Shown here piece after piece: positions 37,137 to 46,667 of a DNA stretch of 64,000 nt. This stretch comes from a virus (Duplodnaviria > Caudoviricetes), in the IMG/VR virus record IMGVR_UViG_3300021430_000613, positions 7,767 to 71,766 of that record. One strand, given 5' to 3'. Positions within the stretch are counted from its first letter, which is position 1, and each line of letters opens with the position of its first letter. Both the position numbers and the translations under genes were made by a program. Below the pieces are notes generated by a model. That model had not been told where the DNA came from and made no database searches. It was given only the letters and a program-made list of their open reading frames with translations.

Positions 37137-38177
37137 TTACTTGAGGTTTTGACCACCTTTGCTAAGTGGACTCATCTTGTTTGCATCAGCATGGAATTCG
37201 CTAGCTGTTGTTTCTAGCTTGCTACCTGATACAGTCTTAGCACCGTATTTGCCACTAGACATGTTTGATGTGCCTTGTGTACTCTTCTTACGACGGTTGT
37301 CTTCAGTTCCAGTTAGCTTAGCGCTCTTTGGAGCTGTTTCGAGGTTGTAACCTGTATGACCACCTGCTCCGCGTTCAACTGGCTTTGCTCCCATACGTGA
37401 GGTTTGACTCTTTGGAAGTGGGCTTTTGGCATTAGCACCTGTGCTCATACCGCTGCTTGCAGCACCAACATCTTTAGCTGTCTTTTGGGCTTTTTCCATA
37501 TCCTTTTCAACAACTTCAAGGTCGAGGCTTTCTGCTAGGTCGTCAAAGTCTTCATCAAGACTCCAACTTTCGTCCATTTCTTCCTCTTCTTTTTCCTCTT
37601 CTTCACCTTCGGCTTCTTCACCTTCGACTTCTTCCTCGCCGTCGACTTCTTCTTCGTCTTCAACATCAGCTTCTTCGCTGTCTGAATCCATTTCTAGATC
37701 TTCTACTTCTTCATCGCCTTCTTCGCTGGCACCTTGTTCGAGCTTATCAAACTCAGCACGTAGAGCAGATAAAGCGGCTTCAAGTTCTTCCATTTTATCT
37801 TCAACTTCGTCCATACCATGCTCACCAGAATCAATAGAAACAGGAGATTCCATGTCATCAGCTGGCATATCTACTGGTACATCGGTTGCCATTGGTTCAT
37901 CACCTGGCATCATCTCATCTTCCATGGTTTCTTCAAAATCAATTTCGTCTTCCATGGCTTCAATTTCATTGGTTAGATCTTCGCCCATGTCGCCGCTTCC
38001 ATGCACCATTTCGTCCATTGAATCGTTATCGTGCATTTCTTCATCAGCATTCATTAGTTCTTCGTGAATGGCACGAGCTTTTTCGATAAATACTGTATGA
38101 AGAAGATCGCGTGCAATATCATCTTCGCCACGTGTTAGATGTTCTAACACCTTAGTTAGCTTGCTGTTATTAGTCAT
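37137..38177 (-). CDS. Acidic prohead core / internal protein (gp67-like)
   Basis: Extremely D/E-rich 346-aa ORF between the portal and protease genes. Confidence 0.7.
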   Translation of the reverse strand: MTNNSKLTKVLEHLTRGEDDIARDLLHTVFIEKARAIHEELMNADEEMHDNDSMDEMVHGSGDMGEDLTNEIEAMEDEIDFEETMEDEMMPGDEPMATDVPVDMPADDMESPVSIDSGEHGMDEVEDKMEELEAALSALRAEFDKLEQGASEEGDEEVEDLEMDSDSEEADVEDEEEVDGEEEVEGEEAEGEEEEKEEEEMDESWSLDEDFDDLAESLDLEVVEKDMEKAQKTAKDVGAASSGMSTGANAKSPLPKSQTSRMGAKPVERGAGGHTGYNLETAPKSAKLTGTEDNRRKKSTQGTSNMSSGKYGAKTVSGSKLETTASEFHADANKMSPLSKGGQNLK

Positions 38178-38276
38178 TTATATAGCTCCTTTATAATCAA
38201 AAGTTTAAAACAGACTCAAATTTATTTAACATCTTACCATTAAAACAAGGTTAATTAACTAAAAAAATATAAAATT

Positions 38277-39380
38277 TTAGTACGAAACTTTCATAATGTA
38301 GTTTATATTTGATGAAATTGACCGTAAAGTGGTTAACGCAGGTAACAAATTTGGAGTATTTATTTGTAAATTTCCTACACTAACACTCTGTCCATTACAA
38401 ATGGCCCAACCATCAGGAATAGCAATATCATCAATTAAAATTATACCTTTAATAGGCACAGGAGTATCGTTATATCCAGTTGTAACACGCCCATCTGATG
38501 CAACAACCACGCGGTTATAATCACCAGGTGTTACTGTTGTGTTTGACAAGGTTACGTTTACATTAAAAACTGTTCCAAATGCTGCTGCATTACCATTAGC
38601 ATCTCCGCTAATAACAATGGTACTAGGCGGAGTATATCCCAGAGAAGCAAATATATCAGTGTCACTAATTGTTGTTGCATTAGTAACTAAACCGTTTGAC
38701 GACACTTGGAATTTAGTCCACATTTGACTTGTATCAACATTACTGTTTACAACGGTAATTAGATTTCCTTGTAATGTAACATTACTACTTCCGTCAAAAA
38801 TAACATTACCAGAAATACTTCCTGTTAATTCAATTGTCCTTCCTTGTGCTAGTGCATTTGCTGTTGTACTTGTTCCTTGAAATTTATATCCGTTAGAATC
38901 AGTTGCTAGAGTTATTCCTGCTGCAATACCGTTGGGAAATCTAATTTTTAAATCATAGGATTTATCACCTATAATAGCAGAATTAGGCAATAAACTTGGA
39001 GCAATATTTGTATGACTTGTGGCAGCAATTATAAGACTGTTGCTTAGTAATACAACAATTTCAATTGTTGGTGATATTACTACAGTGGCAGTACCAGCAT
39101 TTCCATCAAATGGAGGAGAAATAACCAGCCATCGATTGCCTTGCCATACTTTTAAACTAGATGTACTAGTATCAAACCATGTTTGACCTTGTATAGGATT
39201 TGGAGGGGAATTAATACCAGCAAAATTTTGCATTATTGCAATGAAATTTTCATTCATTGGTAATCCAAAATTTACAGCATTACGACCTATTAGTGCAATA
39301 CTAGTTGTGGTACTGTCAATTTGACTATCAGGTACACTGGCAATTACATTGCCGCCATATTTTCTTATATTATAAACCAT
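38277..39380 (-). CDS. Virion fibre/structural protein with a collar-like C-terminus
   Basis: N-terminal LIGRN..NFG...NENF......FA....P.NP..GQ.W.DT...LKV; fibre repeat VTPGDY..V.V..DGRVT.G; IPDGWAICNGQ. Confidence 0.7.
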   Translation of the reverse strand: MVYNIRKYGGNVIASVPDSQIDSTTTSIALIGRNAVNFGLPMNENFIAIMQNFAGINSPPNPIQGQTWFDTSTSSLKVWQGNRWLVISPPFDGNAGTATVVISPTIEIVVLLSNSLIIAATSHTNIAPSLLPNSAIIGDKSYDLKIRFPNGIAAGITLATDSNGYKFQGTSTTANALAQGRTIELTGSISGNVIFDGSSNVTLQGNLITVVNSNVDTSQMWTKFQVSSNGLVTNATTISDTDIFASLGYTPPSTIVISGDANGNAAAFGTVFNVNVTLSNTTVTPGDYNRVVVASDGRVTTGYNDTPVPIKGIILIDDIAIPDGWAICNGQSVSVGNLQINTPNLLPALTTLRSISSNINYIMKVSY

Positions 39381-39595
39381 TATAGCCCACCTGTATCTTC
39401 AGTTGGAATACCGTATATAGTTTGTAAGAAACTATTTCTAGTCATATTTTCTAAATCTTTTGCTGCGCGCATTTTTTTTAATTTATTTAACTCTCTTAAT
39501 GTGATCACAGGCTTTCTACTGTTGTGTATACGACGTTGCATAAAATGATCTTTATCATTATTACGAAAATTTGGATCTAATTCTTCAGCTCTCAT
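39380..39595 (-). CDS. Small conserved-looking hypothetical protein
   Basis: 71 aa, RKPVITLRELNKLKKMR; late promoter CATAAATA at 39619-39626. Confidence 0.65.
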   Translation of the reverse strand: MRAEELDPNFRNNDKDHFMQRRIHNSRKPVITLRELNKLKKMRAAKDLENMTRNSFLQTIYGIPTEDTGGL

Positions 39596-39621
39596 TTTAT
39601 TAACCTATAATTACATTATAT

Positions 39622-41409
39622 TTATGGTGTAGTTGGGGCTTCAGGTGAGGCTTCAGGCGGAGCTGTTGCGCCGCTTGCTGCTGCAGATCCTGCTTCTCCG
39701 CCAGTTTCAACATTAGGTTCTGTAGGTGTTTCACCAGGAAGTGGTTCTCCAATAAGAGCACCTCCTGCTTCCGGTCGAATACCCACCGCGCTAAGACCTG
39801 GTTGCATACCATCGGTTGGTGCTTCACCAGTAGTAGTTTTAACCTTATTTGGATTTTCTTGTTTCCACATTTCTTCATTTCGAAGTACATCTTCTTCAGT
39901 CCAACCAAGGTACCTCATTAATCCAAATCTCTTACTAATGTACTTTGATGCTTCTGTAGACATAAGAGAAGAAAATACATTAATTTGTTCACTATCTAGA
40001 GCCATTTGTTTATAACGAGAGAAACTTTGAGGTGGCCATAGCTGTAATTCAAATAAACTACTTTCTATTTCAATGCCTCTATTTTTAACAAATAGCTTAA
40101 ATTCTCTATCCAAAACTGGACTCATTAAATTTTGTAATCGTTGACAATATTTGCTAAACCTAAATTCTTGAACATATGCAGTTCCAACTTTACCATCTGT
40201 ATATACAGTAGTGCCATCGTCTGGACCGGTTGGCAAATAGCTACTTGGAATACCAAGTCCTCTAACCATTTTATTATTAAAGTATTTTAAATCATCAATT
40301 TCACCAAGGTTAGCGCCGCCTTGTAACTGTTCAATTTTAGTTCCTTTTCCTTCGCTGTTTGTTGCTAAGAAATAGTCTTCATTAATTGCAATTGGACTAT
40401 ACGCAGCATCTAGAATGCTTTGTCCGCCACCAGTTCTTGAAGGAATACGTCGTTGATATATTTCGTTTTTCATACGTTCTACTACAGCTTGTGCTCTAGG
40501 ACCGCTTAGGCTACCAGTATCAATATAAAAAACACGACGTTCCGGAGCACGAACAATACGATAAATCAAAATAGCATCTTCAAGAAGATCTTTTTGTTTA
40601 TAAACTTTATAAATGCTTTCTAACAAACTAGTACCAAATGGCCACTGGCTATCCATGCCTTCGCTAAGGCTTAGGTGTAGTACATGAGCAGCATCAATTG
40701 CTGTTTGATTTTCAGGCATATTAAATCGACTTGTTCGACTTCCAGGACTGGTAGGAACGCCATAATTAATTGTTCCTGCTCCTGCAGCTGGATTAGAACT
40801 TCGTGGATATCCACCTGGAAAACTATATTGATCATGAACCAACATGTTAGTTCCAACTAAACTTGATAGATTAATATCTAGGTCTTTAATAACATATTGT
40901 TCAATTTCTTTGCCTTTGGCTTCGTTGACAATAATTTTTTCAACCTTGCTAGGATCAATCCATATTAATTTAAAAGTTTCTGGATCTCGTATATAAATTT
41001 GATCACCATATTTTATGGTATTACGAAATGCTCTCCATAATCTCTGTTGCCATTTATTAAGGCTGCACCATTGTATTAAAAGTTCTCTTAATAATTTAAT
41101 TTCGGTTTCGCTCATTTTACCTTTATAGATAATATTAAACGCTTCGTTTGATCCTTCGTAATTCTGTGTGCTATAGTCAGCTAATATATCTAACGCTTTA
41201 TTAATTTCACTGTCCAGATCCATTTGTTCGTATTGAATATATCTTTCAACACGATTAGGTGCTCCGCTGTAAACTTCAGGAAGATAACTAGAATATTTTG
41301 CACCAGACCCAGCGCTTCTAGATTCTCCGTGGGTTGAACTTATTTCATGTTTTCTAGACAAGCTGTATTGTGTCGGTACAGCACTAAAATATTTTTTCCA
41401 AGACGCCAT
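39622..41409 (-). CDS. gp20: Portal protein (gp20-like)
   Basis: YEQMDLDSEINKALDI, LEDAILIYRIVRAPERRVFYIDTG, EDYFL.....G.GTKIE.L.GG.NLGEIDDLKYF. Confidence 0.96.
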   Translation of the reverse strand: MASWKKYFSAVPTQYSLSRKHEISSTHGESRSAGSGAKYSSYLPEVYSGAPNRVERYIQYEQMDLDSEINKALDILADYSTQNYEGSNEAFNIIYKGKMSETEIKLLRELLIQWCSLNKWQQRLWRAFRNTIKYGDQIYIRDPETFKLIWIDPSKVEKIIVNEAKGKEIEQYVIKDLDINLSSLVGTNMLVHDQYSFPGGYPRSSNPAAGAGTINYGVPTSPGSRTSRFNMPENQTAIDAAHVLHLSLSEGMDSQWPFGTSLLESIYKVYKQKDLLEDAILIYRIVRAPERRVFYIDTGSLSGPRAQAVVERMKNEIYQRRIPSRTGGGQSILDAAYSPIAINEDYFLATNSEGKGTKIEQLQGGANLGEIDDLKYFNNKMVRGLGIPSSYLPTGPDDGTTVYTDGKVGTAYVQEFRFSKYCQRLQNLMSPVLDREFKLFVKNRGIEIESSLFELQLWPPQSFSRYKQMALDSEQINVFSSLMSTEASKYISKRFGLMRYLGWTEEDVLRNEEMWKQENPNKVKTTTGEAPTDGMQPGLSAVGIRPEAGGALIGEPLPGETPTEPNVETGGEAGSAAASGATAPPEASPEAPTTP

Positions 41410-41470
41410 TGATTAATCCATATAGAAATGTAATATATTTAGTCTTGTTATATTAAACTTAAATTAAATA

Positions 41471-44400
41471 TTAACGAACTACCGAGCTACGGCTTTCTAT
41501 TGCATTAACAATACGATAAGAATTTTCAGTATTTGATGATTTTAATTGATCAATTAGTATGTTTGTTTTTTCAATTTTATCATTTAATTCTTCAAACTTT
41601 TTAATGCTGTTCTCATAATAGGCAATTGTTTTAACATTTAATTCGTTTAATGTTATCACAGGACTGGCTGTTCTTTCTTGTGACACAACTCCTGCAGATT
41701 GAGCAGTTGTAAAATTATTCATAGCCAATCTTAGTCGATTGATGTTCTCCACCGCATTTCCAATATCGTTAGGTTTTGACATTGTTGATAACAATTCAGA
41801 AAATGCTGTTTGTAATCTACTAATACTGTCAGCAGTAGTTACAATATCACCGGCAATTGATGCTAGTTCTCTAAACCTAGCTGCAGGATTTTGAGCAAAA
41901 AATGTATTCATCCACTGATTAAAACTGGTTGCCATTTGGGGTGTTAGCATGCCAATTACATTTCTAATTGAAGTTACCGAGTCTAATATATTACCTATGT
42001 TACTTAGATTTTGTAATGCATCAGTGGCATTTGTTATCATATCTCTATTATCTGCAAATTTTTTCAAAATCAAAAATATACCTTGATTTAAACTTGCTTC
42101 ATTAATACGTGATCCGGAACTAAATGCTTGTTTTATTTGATTAATTACGTTAATAGCTCGATCAACATTACTCAATGAGTCAAATGCTGTTATTGCTACA
42201 GGTAAAGTATCTGCAAATAGTTTAAGTGCATCTGCTGCAACTTTTAGTGGTTCTCCTATTTCAGCAAATCTTTTTAATTTTGTAATAGGATCTTCACTAA
42301 AGATTTTAAGAAAATTTGTAACAAAACTTCCAAGTGATTCAACAAGTTTTGCACCAGTTAATGCTAATAGTCCTTTACTCAATTCAAACATACCATCGCC
42401 GGTTGCTTTTAATGCATTTCCATCTAAATTTGCAAATTTTCCAATTCCTTCAACAAGAGTTGGTAAAGTATTACCCATTAGCCATGAAGCAGCAGCTATT
42501 CCAGCACCAATTGCTGCAAGTGCTACACCAATTGCGGCACCTCCTGCTATAATTGGAACTGCCAATGGACCTGCTACTGCTGCGGCAACTGCTATTGCAC
42601 CAATAGCAACACCGGCTTTAACAAATGTTGCCGGTTCAATGCTTTGAAATTTTAGTAGCCCATCTGCTACCATGCTCATTGTATATCCAATTGCACCAAG
42701 CAGTGCGCTCAATGCTGCACCACCTGTTAATAATTTTGCAATTGGTAAGTTTGTAACTACTAATGTTAATGCACCAATAGCAACACCAGCTTTGCCTATA
42801 GACGTCCAATCAACTTTGTTAAACTCTCCAAGAGATTTGGCTAAACCATATAAAGCACCAGAAAACAATGCTAGTCCTAGAGCTCCTTTAAGTACCTTGC
42901 CGCTGCCAAATAATCCAATCATACGAGTTAAACCCTTTAGCATTCCGCCGCCTAGTAGTCCGCCAGTTGCTGCTGCTCCTGCAAGTTTAGGTAATGCTGG
43001 AGCTATTAATTTGGCTAGACCTGTGGCACCTAGACTGCTTAAACCTGCTGCGGCTAAACTGCTTATACCTCTAGCCATCATTCCTGCACCGGCACCTATC
43101 AAAAATCCTAGTACTTTTTTAACCATTATTGCTAATAACGGGCCGCCTACTAAAACACCTGCAAGCACAGCTAAATTAGCTGGACCTCTTGATTCAGCCG
43201 GATCATCAGACCCTCCTAAAAACTTATGTATCCAATCCCTAACAGGTTTAAGAGCCTCTTTCATTTTGTTTATTACCCATAAAGTCCCTGTTGCTAGACT
43301 TTCTAATGCAGTGGTTAATGTTGGTGTTAAGGCATCGACGACTAGATAAATTGAATTAGATAGGGTTGTTAATAGCTGTTGTGTTTTATTAATAGCACTT
43401 GACATTTTTTGTGCATCTGCTTCTGCTCGGGCTCTTTCTTTTTTTTCTTGTTCTCGCTGCTCCTCAGTCATGTTTGCCAAGCGTCGCAGGTTGTTTATAT
43501 ATGTCGTACTAGTATCTTTCAACCCAACAATTTTTGATTGAAGTGCTTTCATTTTCTCACTTGCTGCCCATTGTGTTGTATCAATATTGTGAATACTGGC
43601 GGTCATTTTATCTAATGCGGTTTTAACATCGCCGCCGCTTTCCGCAATAGTTATAAGTTCATTCCAATATGTACCAAAATCGCCTCCCACCTCTGTCATC
43701 AATTTTTTGAAATCTTCGCTCATTGCAGCAGGACCATAGAGCATTGCTTTGGCAAATTCTTCAAACATTTCTGTTCCTTGCTTGCCAAACACTCCTTGCA
43801 TCTGTGCCATAATTTTTTCTAAACGTTCTTTAACTTCCGATGGAGCTTTATTAAGCAGCGCAAACGCATCAGGTGTTTTAGAGGCTTCTTTCACACCTGC
43901 TAGTATTTCTTTTCTATTTTTGCCAGTAGCTTCGCTTAATTTATTAATTTGGACTATGAGATCTTCGGCTGCACCTGACATCTGCAATTCACTCATGGTT
44001 CGTAATCTGCCAGTTGTTTGCATAATACTCATAGATTCCATTAATGCTTCTTGTGCTTCTTCATTGGTCATTATAAATTTTGACCCAAGGTTAGTGCTAT
44101 CTGCAAACATTTTGCTTAATTTCATCAAGCGAGAATAACCCATGCCAACTGCAACATTTGAATATTTTGTCAATAATTCAGCAAATTTACGAACTGGTAA
44201 CCCAACATCACTTGCCGATGTAGCTAAACCAGCTAGTCCATTTTGAGCCAATATACCATTACTGTATAAACCAGTAATCATAGTAGTTGCTTCTTCAAAT
44301 TTAGCTATTAAAAACCCTAAAACTCCAGAAGCCATTGATAAATTACCAATTAGTTTAGACCAAATTGGATGTGAAGTTTTTATCAACTGCCCAGTCCATT

Positions 44401-44710
44401 TTAAATCACTAGATAAGCTTGTTAAATTTGATGCAATGCTAGTAGTATCAACTTTTGTTAATTCATCAAGTGTTTTAACAACGGATGTTGTTGTTAATTT
44501 CAATTCCTCACCTAGCGAAATCTTAACTTTTTTGGCTCCATCACCAATGTTATAAACGCTATCATCGATAGCCTCAGCAAGTTTTTCGTTATCTTTTAAC
44601 GAAGATCCCATTTTGGCAGCCAATGATGCAAGGGTTGCTTCTGTTGCCCATCCACCAGTTGGAATCTTTAATTGTTTTAGTAATTGGTCTAATAAATTCT
44701 GATCTGCCAT
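41471..44710 (-). CDS. Tape measure protein
   Basis: 1079 aa, helical, Ala/Gly-rich with central hydrophobic segments; divergent from the gp26-like gene. Confidence 0.75.
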   Translation of the reverse strand: MADQNLLDQLLKQLKIPTGGWATEATLASLAAKMGSSLKDNEKLAEAIDDSVYNIGDGAKKVKISLGEELKLTTTSVVKTLDELTKVDTTSIASNLTSLSSDLKWTGQLIKTSHPIWSKLIGNLSMASGVLGFLIAKFEEATTMITGLYSNGILAQNGLAGLATSASDVGLPVRKFAELLTKYSNVAVGMGYSRLMKLSKMFADSTNLGSKFIMTNEEAQEALMESMSIMQTTGRLRTMSELQMSGAAEDLIVQINKLSEATGKNRKEILAGVKEASKTPDAFALLNKAPSEVKERLEKIMAQMQGVFGKQGTEMFEEFAKAMLYGPAAMSEDFKKLMTEVGGDFGTYWNELITIAESGGDVKTALDKMTASIHNIDTTQWAASEKMKALQSKIVGLKDTSTTYINNLRRLANMTEEQREQEKKERARAEADAQKMSSAINKTQQLLTTLSNSIYLVVDALTPTLTTALESLATGTLWVINKMKEALKPVRDWIHKFLGGSDDPAESRGPANLAVLAGVLVGGPLLAIMVKKVLGFLIGAGAGMMARGISSLAAAGLSSLGATGLAKLIAPALPKLAGAAATGGLLGGGMLKGLTRMIGLFGSGKVLKGALGLALFSGALYGLAKSLGEFNKVDWTSIGKAGVAIGALTLVVTNLPIAKLLTGGAALSALLGAIGYTMSMVADGLLKFQSIEPATFVKAGVAIGAIAVAAAVAGPLAVPIIAGGAAIGVALAAIGAGIAAASWLMGNTLPTLVEGIGKFANLDGNALKATGDGMFELSKGLLALTGAKLVESLGSFVTNFLKIFSEDPITKLKRFAEIGEPLKVAADALKLFADTLPVAITAFDSLSNVDRAINVINQIKQAFSSGSRINEASLNQGIFLILKKFADNRDMITNATDALQNLSNIGNILDSVTSIRNVIGMLTPQMATSFNQWMNTFFAQNPAARFRELASIAGDIVTTADSISRLQTAFSELLSTMSKPNDIGNAVENINRLRLAMNNFTTAQSAGVVSQERTASPVITLNELNVKTIAYYENSIKKFEELNDKIEKTNILIDQLKSSNTENSYRIVNAIESRSSVVR

Positions 44711-44739
44711 ATTTTTTTATAATCTATGTGGATAATGGT

Positions 44740-44770
44740 AATAAATACATTTGTTCAAAACTTATTTATC
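44740..44770. promoter_or_regulatory. Overlapping divergent late promoters for gp26 and tape measure
   Basis: AATAAATA on plus (44740-44747) and GATAAATA on minus (44763-44770). Confidence 0.6.
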
Positions 44771-44778
44771 GGAAAAAA

Positions 44779-45633
44779 ATGAGCAATAATCCACTAAAGC
44801 AGTATTTTAGACAACCAAACGTTTATGTAAAATTACCAACACAAGGAAGATGGTATAATGACCAAACTGTATCATTTAACAGCGAAGGTGAAGTAGCTGT
44901 ATATCCTTTAAGTGCACTAGACGATATCCTGTTAAACACACCCGATGCTATGTTAAATGGACAAGCACTAGAAAAAGTTGTTAAAAATTGTGTTCCGGAT
45001 GTTCACAATATTAAAAAACTATTAATACCAGATTTAGAAGCAATTTTTGTTGGTATTAAATCTGCAACTAACAATGGAAAAGCAGAATATTCAAAAGAAT
45101 GTCCCGGCTGTAAATTTGAAAACACATACGACCTTAACTGTAATAGCCTATTATCGCAGATTACATTTGTCGATGCTAATGACTGCGTTTTAAATTTCAA
45201 CAGTGAATTGGAAATACACATACGACCATATGACTTTTCAATGAGGCAGTTGTTTATTAAAAAAGAATTTGATGAAGAAAGATTATTAAGAAATATTGAT
45301 GATAAAAACAAAGACCTAGATGAATTATCTAAAGCAAGGATTCTTGGTGAAAGCGTTGACAGACTAAGTTCTATGACGTTTCAAATGGTTTCTAATAGCA
45401 TTGAAAAAATTATATTGCTAAAAGAAAACATGGAAGTCACTGACAGAGAACACATCAACGAATGGTTAATTAGCATTAGTAAAACAGAAGCTGACACTGT
45501 TATCGAAGGCGTTAATAAATTAAATAATTGTGGAGTTTCAAAAGAGCTGCCAGTTACTTGCTCAAATTGTTCAGTTCAATGGACTGAAACTCTATCGTTT
45601 GACCCATCAAGTTTTTTCGGCAAACGCTCTTAA
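44779..45633 (+). CDS. gp26: Baseplate hub assembly chaperone (gp26-like)
   Basis: MSNNPLKQYFRQP..Y.KLPTQG.WY, two CxxC (CPGC, CSNC), ends FDPSSFFG; true start ATG 44779. Confidence 0.8.
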   Translation: MSNNPLKQYFRQPNVYVKLPTQGRWYNDQTVSFNSEGEVAVYPLSALDDILLNTPDAMLNGQALEKVVKNCVPDVHNIKKLLIPDLEAIFVGIKSATNNGKAEYSKECPGCKFENTYDLNCNSLLSQITFVDANDCVLNFNSELEIHIRPYDFSMRQLFIKKEFDEERLLRNIDDKNKDLDELSKARILGESVDRLSSMTFQMVSNSIEKIILLKENMEVTDREHINEWLISISKTEADTVIEGVNKLNNCGVSKELPVTCSNCSVQWTETLSFDPSSFFGKRS

Positions 45634-45639
45634 CGGGCG
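45612..45639 (+). promoter_or_regulatory. Predicted -1 programmed ribosomal frameshift signal
   Basis: In-frame T TTT TTC heptamer, 6-nt spacer, hairpin CGCTC-ttaac-GGGCG; the -1 frame is open from 45603 into the next ORF. Confidence 0.65.
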
Positions 45640-45659
45640 ATCCATCTCTAATTTCCAAA

Positions 45660-45854
45660 ATGATATCCGACATGGATAGAAATCGTGCTGAAATCACGCA
45701 AGATTTAGCCACTTTAACTTTTTACATGAAAGGCGGCATTGATTTCAGTGACGCTCATTTATTGAGCTCTGAACAACGTCAAATATTTGCCAAAGTCATT
45801 AAGAAACATTATGATGCAATGTCTGGTAATAAGGGAGGAAATATCATTGGGTAA
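45660..45854 (+). CDS. gp51-like small baseplate assembly protein; probably also or only expressed as a frameshift fusion
   Basis: 64 aa; LTFYMKGGIDFSDAHLLSSEQRQIF; no SD before the ATG. Confidence 0.6.
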   Translation: MISDMDRNRAEITQDLATLTFYMKGGIDFSDAHLLSSEQRQIFAKVIKKHYDAMSGNKGGNIIG

Positions 45855-45900
45855 TTCATTATGATTTTTCATTGTGATTTATTGAATGATTTTTATGAGA

Positions 45901-45967
45901 CGAGCTTACGCTCATCTGTTTATGTTTTTGTTTGATCGCTTACGCTCACAGTACAAAAACATAAACA
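45901..45967. repeat. 15-bp perfect inverted repeat plus an 11-nt direct repeat
   Basis: TGTTTATGTTTTTGT (45917-45931) / ACAAAAACATAAACA (45953-45967); GCTTACGCTCA at 45904 and 45938. Confidence 0.85.
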
Positions 45968-45999
45968 ATAATTAATATTAATTGATATTCTGATAGGAA

Positions 46000-46380
46000 T
46001 TGAGGCCATACTACCCCCTGCTCGGGGGATAGTATTGAAAATGGATTGATTTTCTGATTAGGTGATAATCCATATAGACATTCATCCTTGGTTGTATACC
46101 GGCTGGCGGAGAACCTATTTCCAGCATTAAGATGATCTACCCGAAACTTTCGTTTCATTCTCGGTTATAGTTTTAACTAAGCCACATTTATACCATGTCT
46201 AAGGTATTAAATGCGTCGCAGTCGTGTTGTCACACGGGCTGTGATCCTTTTTGCGATTTGTCTGACCAAGGCTTTTCGCTGTATTCCTCGATTGGAGTGA
46301 GTTTGATAACCTGTTCGTTACCCTTTCACTGCGGTGGCAACACCACCATCATGCGTGTCAGTATGTTACAGAATATTAGG
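46000..46380. ncRNA. Candidate structured non-coding RNA (or structured origin)
   Basis: GC-richer gene-free stretch with at least 5 hairpins (46008-46035, 46102-46125, 46143-46156, 46217-46243, 46333-46347). Confidence 0.45.
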
Positions 46381-46389
46381 GAATTTTTA

Positions 46390-46432
46390 AATGTGCCTAT
46401 AAATGAGAATAATTAATGTGCCTATAAATGAG
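46390..46432. repeat. Two 18-nt direct repeats (period 25)
   Basis: AATGTGCCTATAAATGAG at 46390-46407 and 46415-46432. Confidence 0.9.
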
Positions 46433-46633
46433 TTTTTGATATTAGTATAATGTTACTTCTTAGTAACATACTTTTTATAAGTATTATGTTGGTATAAAAT
46501 CAATTTCTTCTTTAAGATTTTTCAATTTTTTTTATAAAAAAATTTATAATAATTGACCTAAAGATTTATTCTATATATAATAGAAATGTGAACGATGCCT
46601 ACGTTCACTTATAAAAAAGCCAGTATGAGAACT

Positions 46634-46662
46634 AACCAGGGTAAGTTTAACTTACCCTGGTT
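46634..46662. terminator. Perfect 14-bp inverted repeat after the 265-aa ORF (terminator or cruciform)
   Basis: AACCAGGGTAAGTT-t-AACTTACCCTGGTT. Confidence 0.7.
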
Positions 46663-46667
46663 TTGTT

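Noticed and set aside
37426-38067. 213-aa Ser-rich plus-strand ORF
   Set aside because: Antisense shadow of the Glu/Asp-rich core protein (GAA/GAT read as TTC/ATC/TCN)
33897-38177. Higher-GC segment as a horizontally acquired island
   Set aside because: Explained by codon bias and amino-acid composition of abundant head proteins
42334-44138. Plus-strand ORFs inside the tape measure gene
   Set aside because: Antisense shadows of an Ala/Gly-rich gene
46000-46380. tRNA, tmRNA or RNase P gene
   Set aside because: No T-loop GTTCRA/CCA end, no tmRNA termini, no GAGGAAAGTCC or AACCCGGCTTA motifs found on either strand
45946-46416. Short ORFs (70 aa minus, 73 aa plus) in the structured region
   Set aside because: No convincing SD, atypical composition, and they coincide with hairpins; likely incidental
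46390-46432. Mini CRISPR array
   Set aside because: Only two 18-nt copies with a 7-nt spacer; too short, and no cas genes nearby
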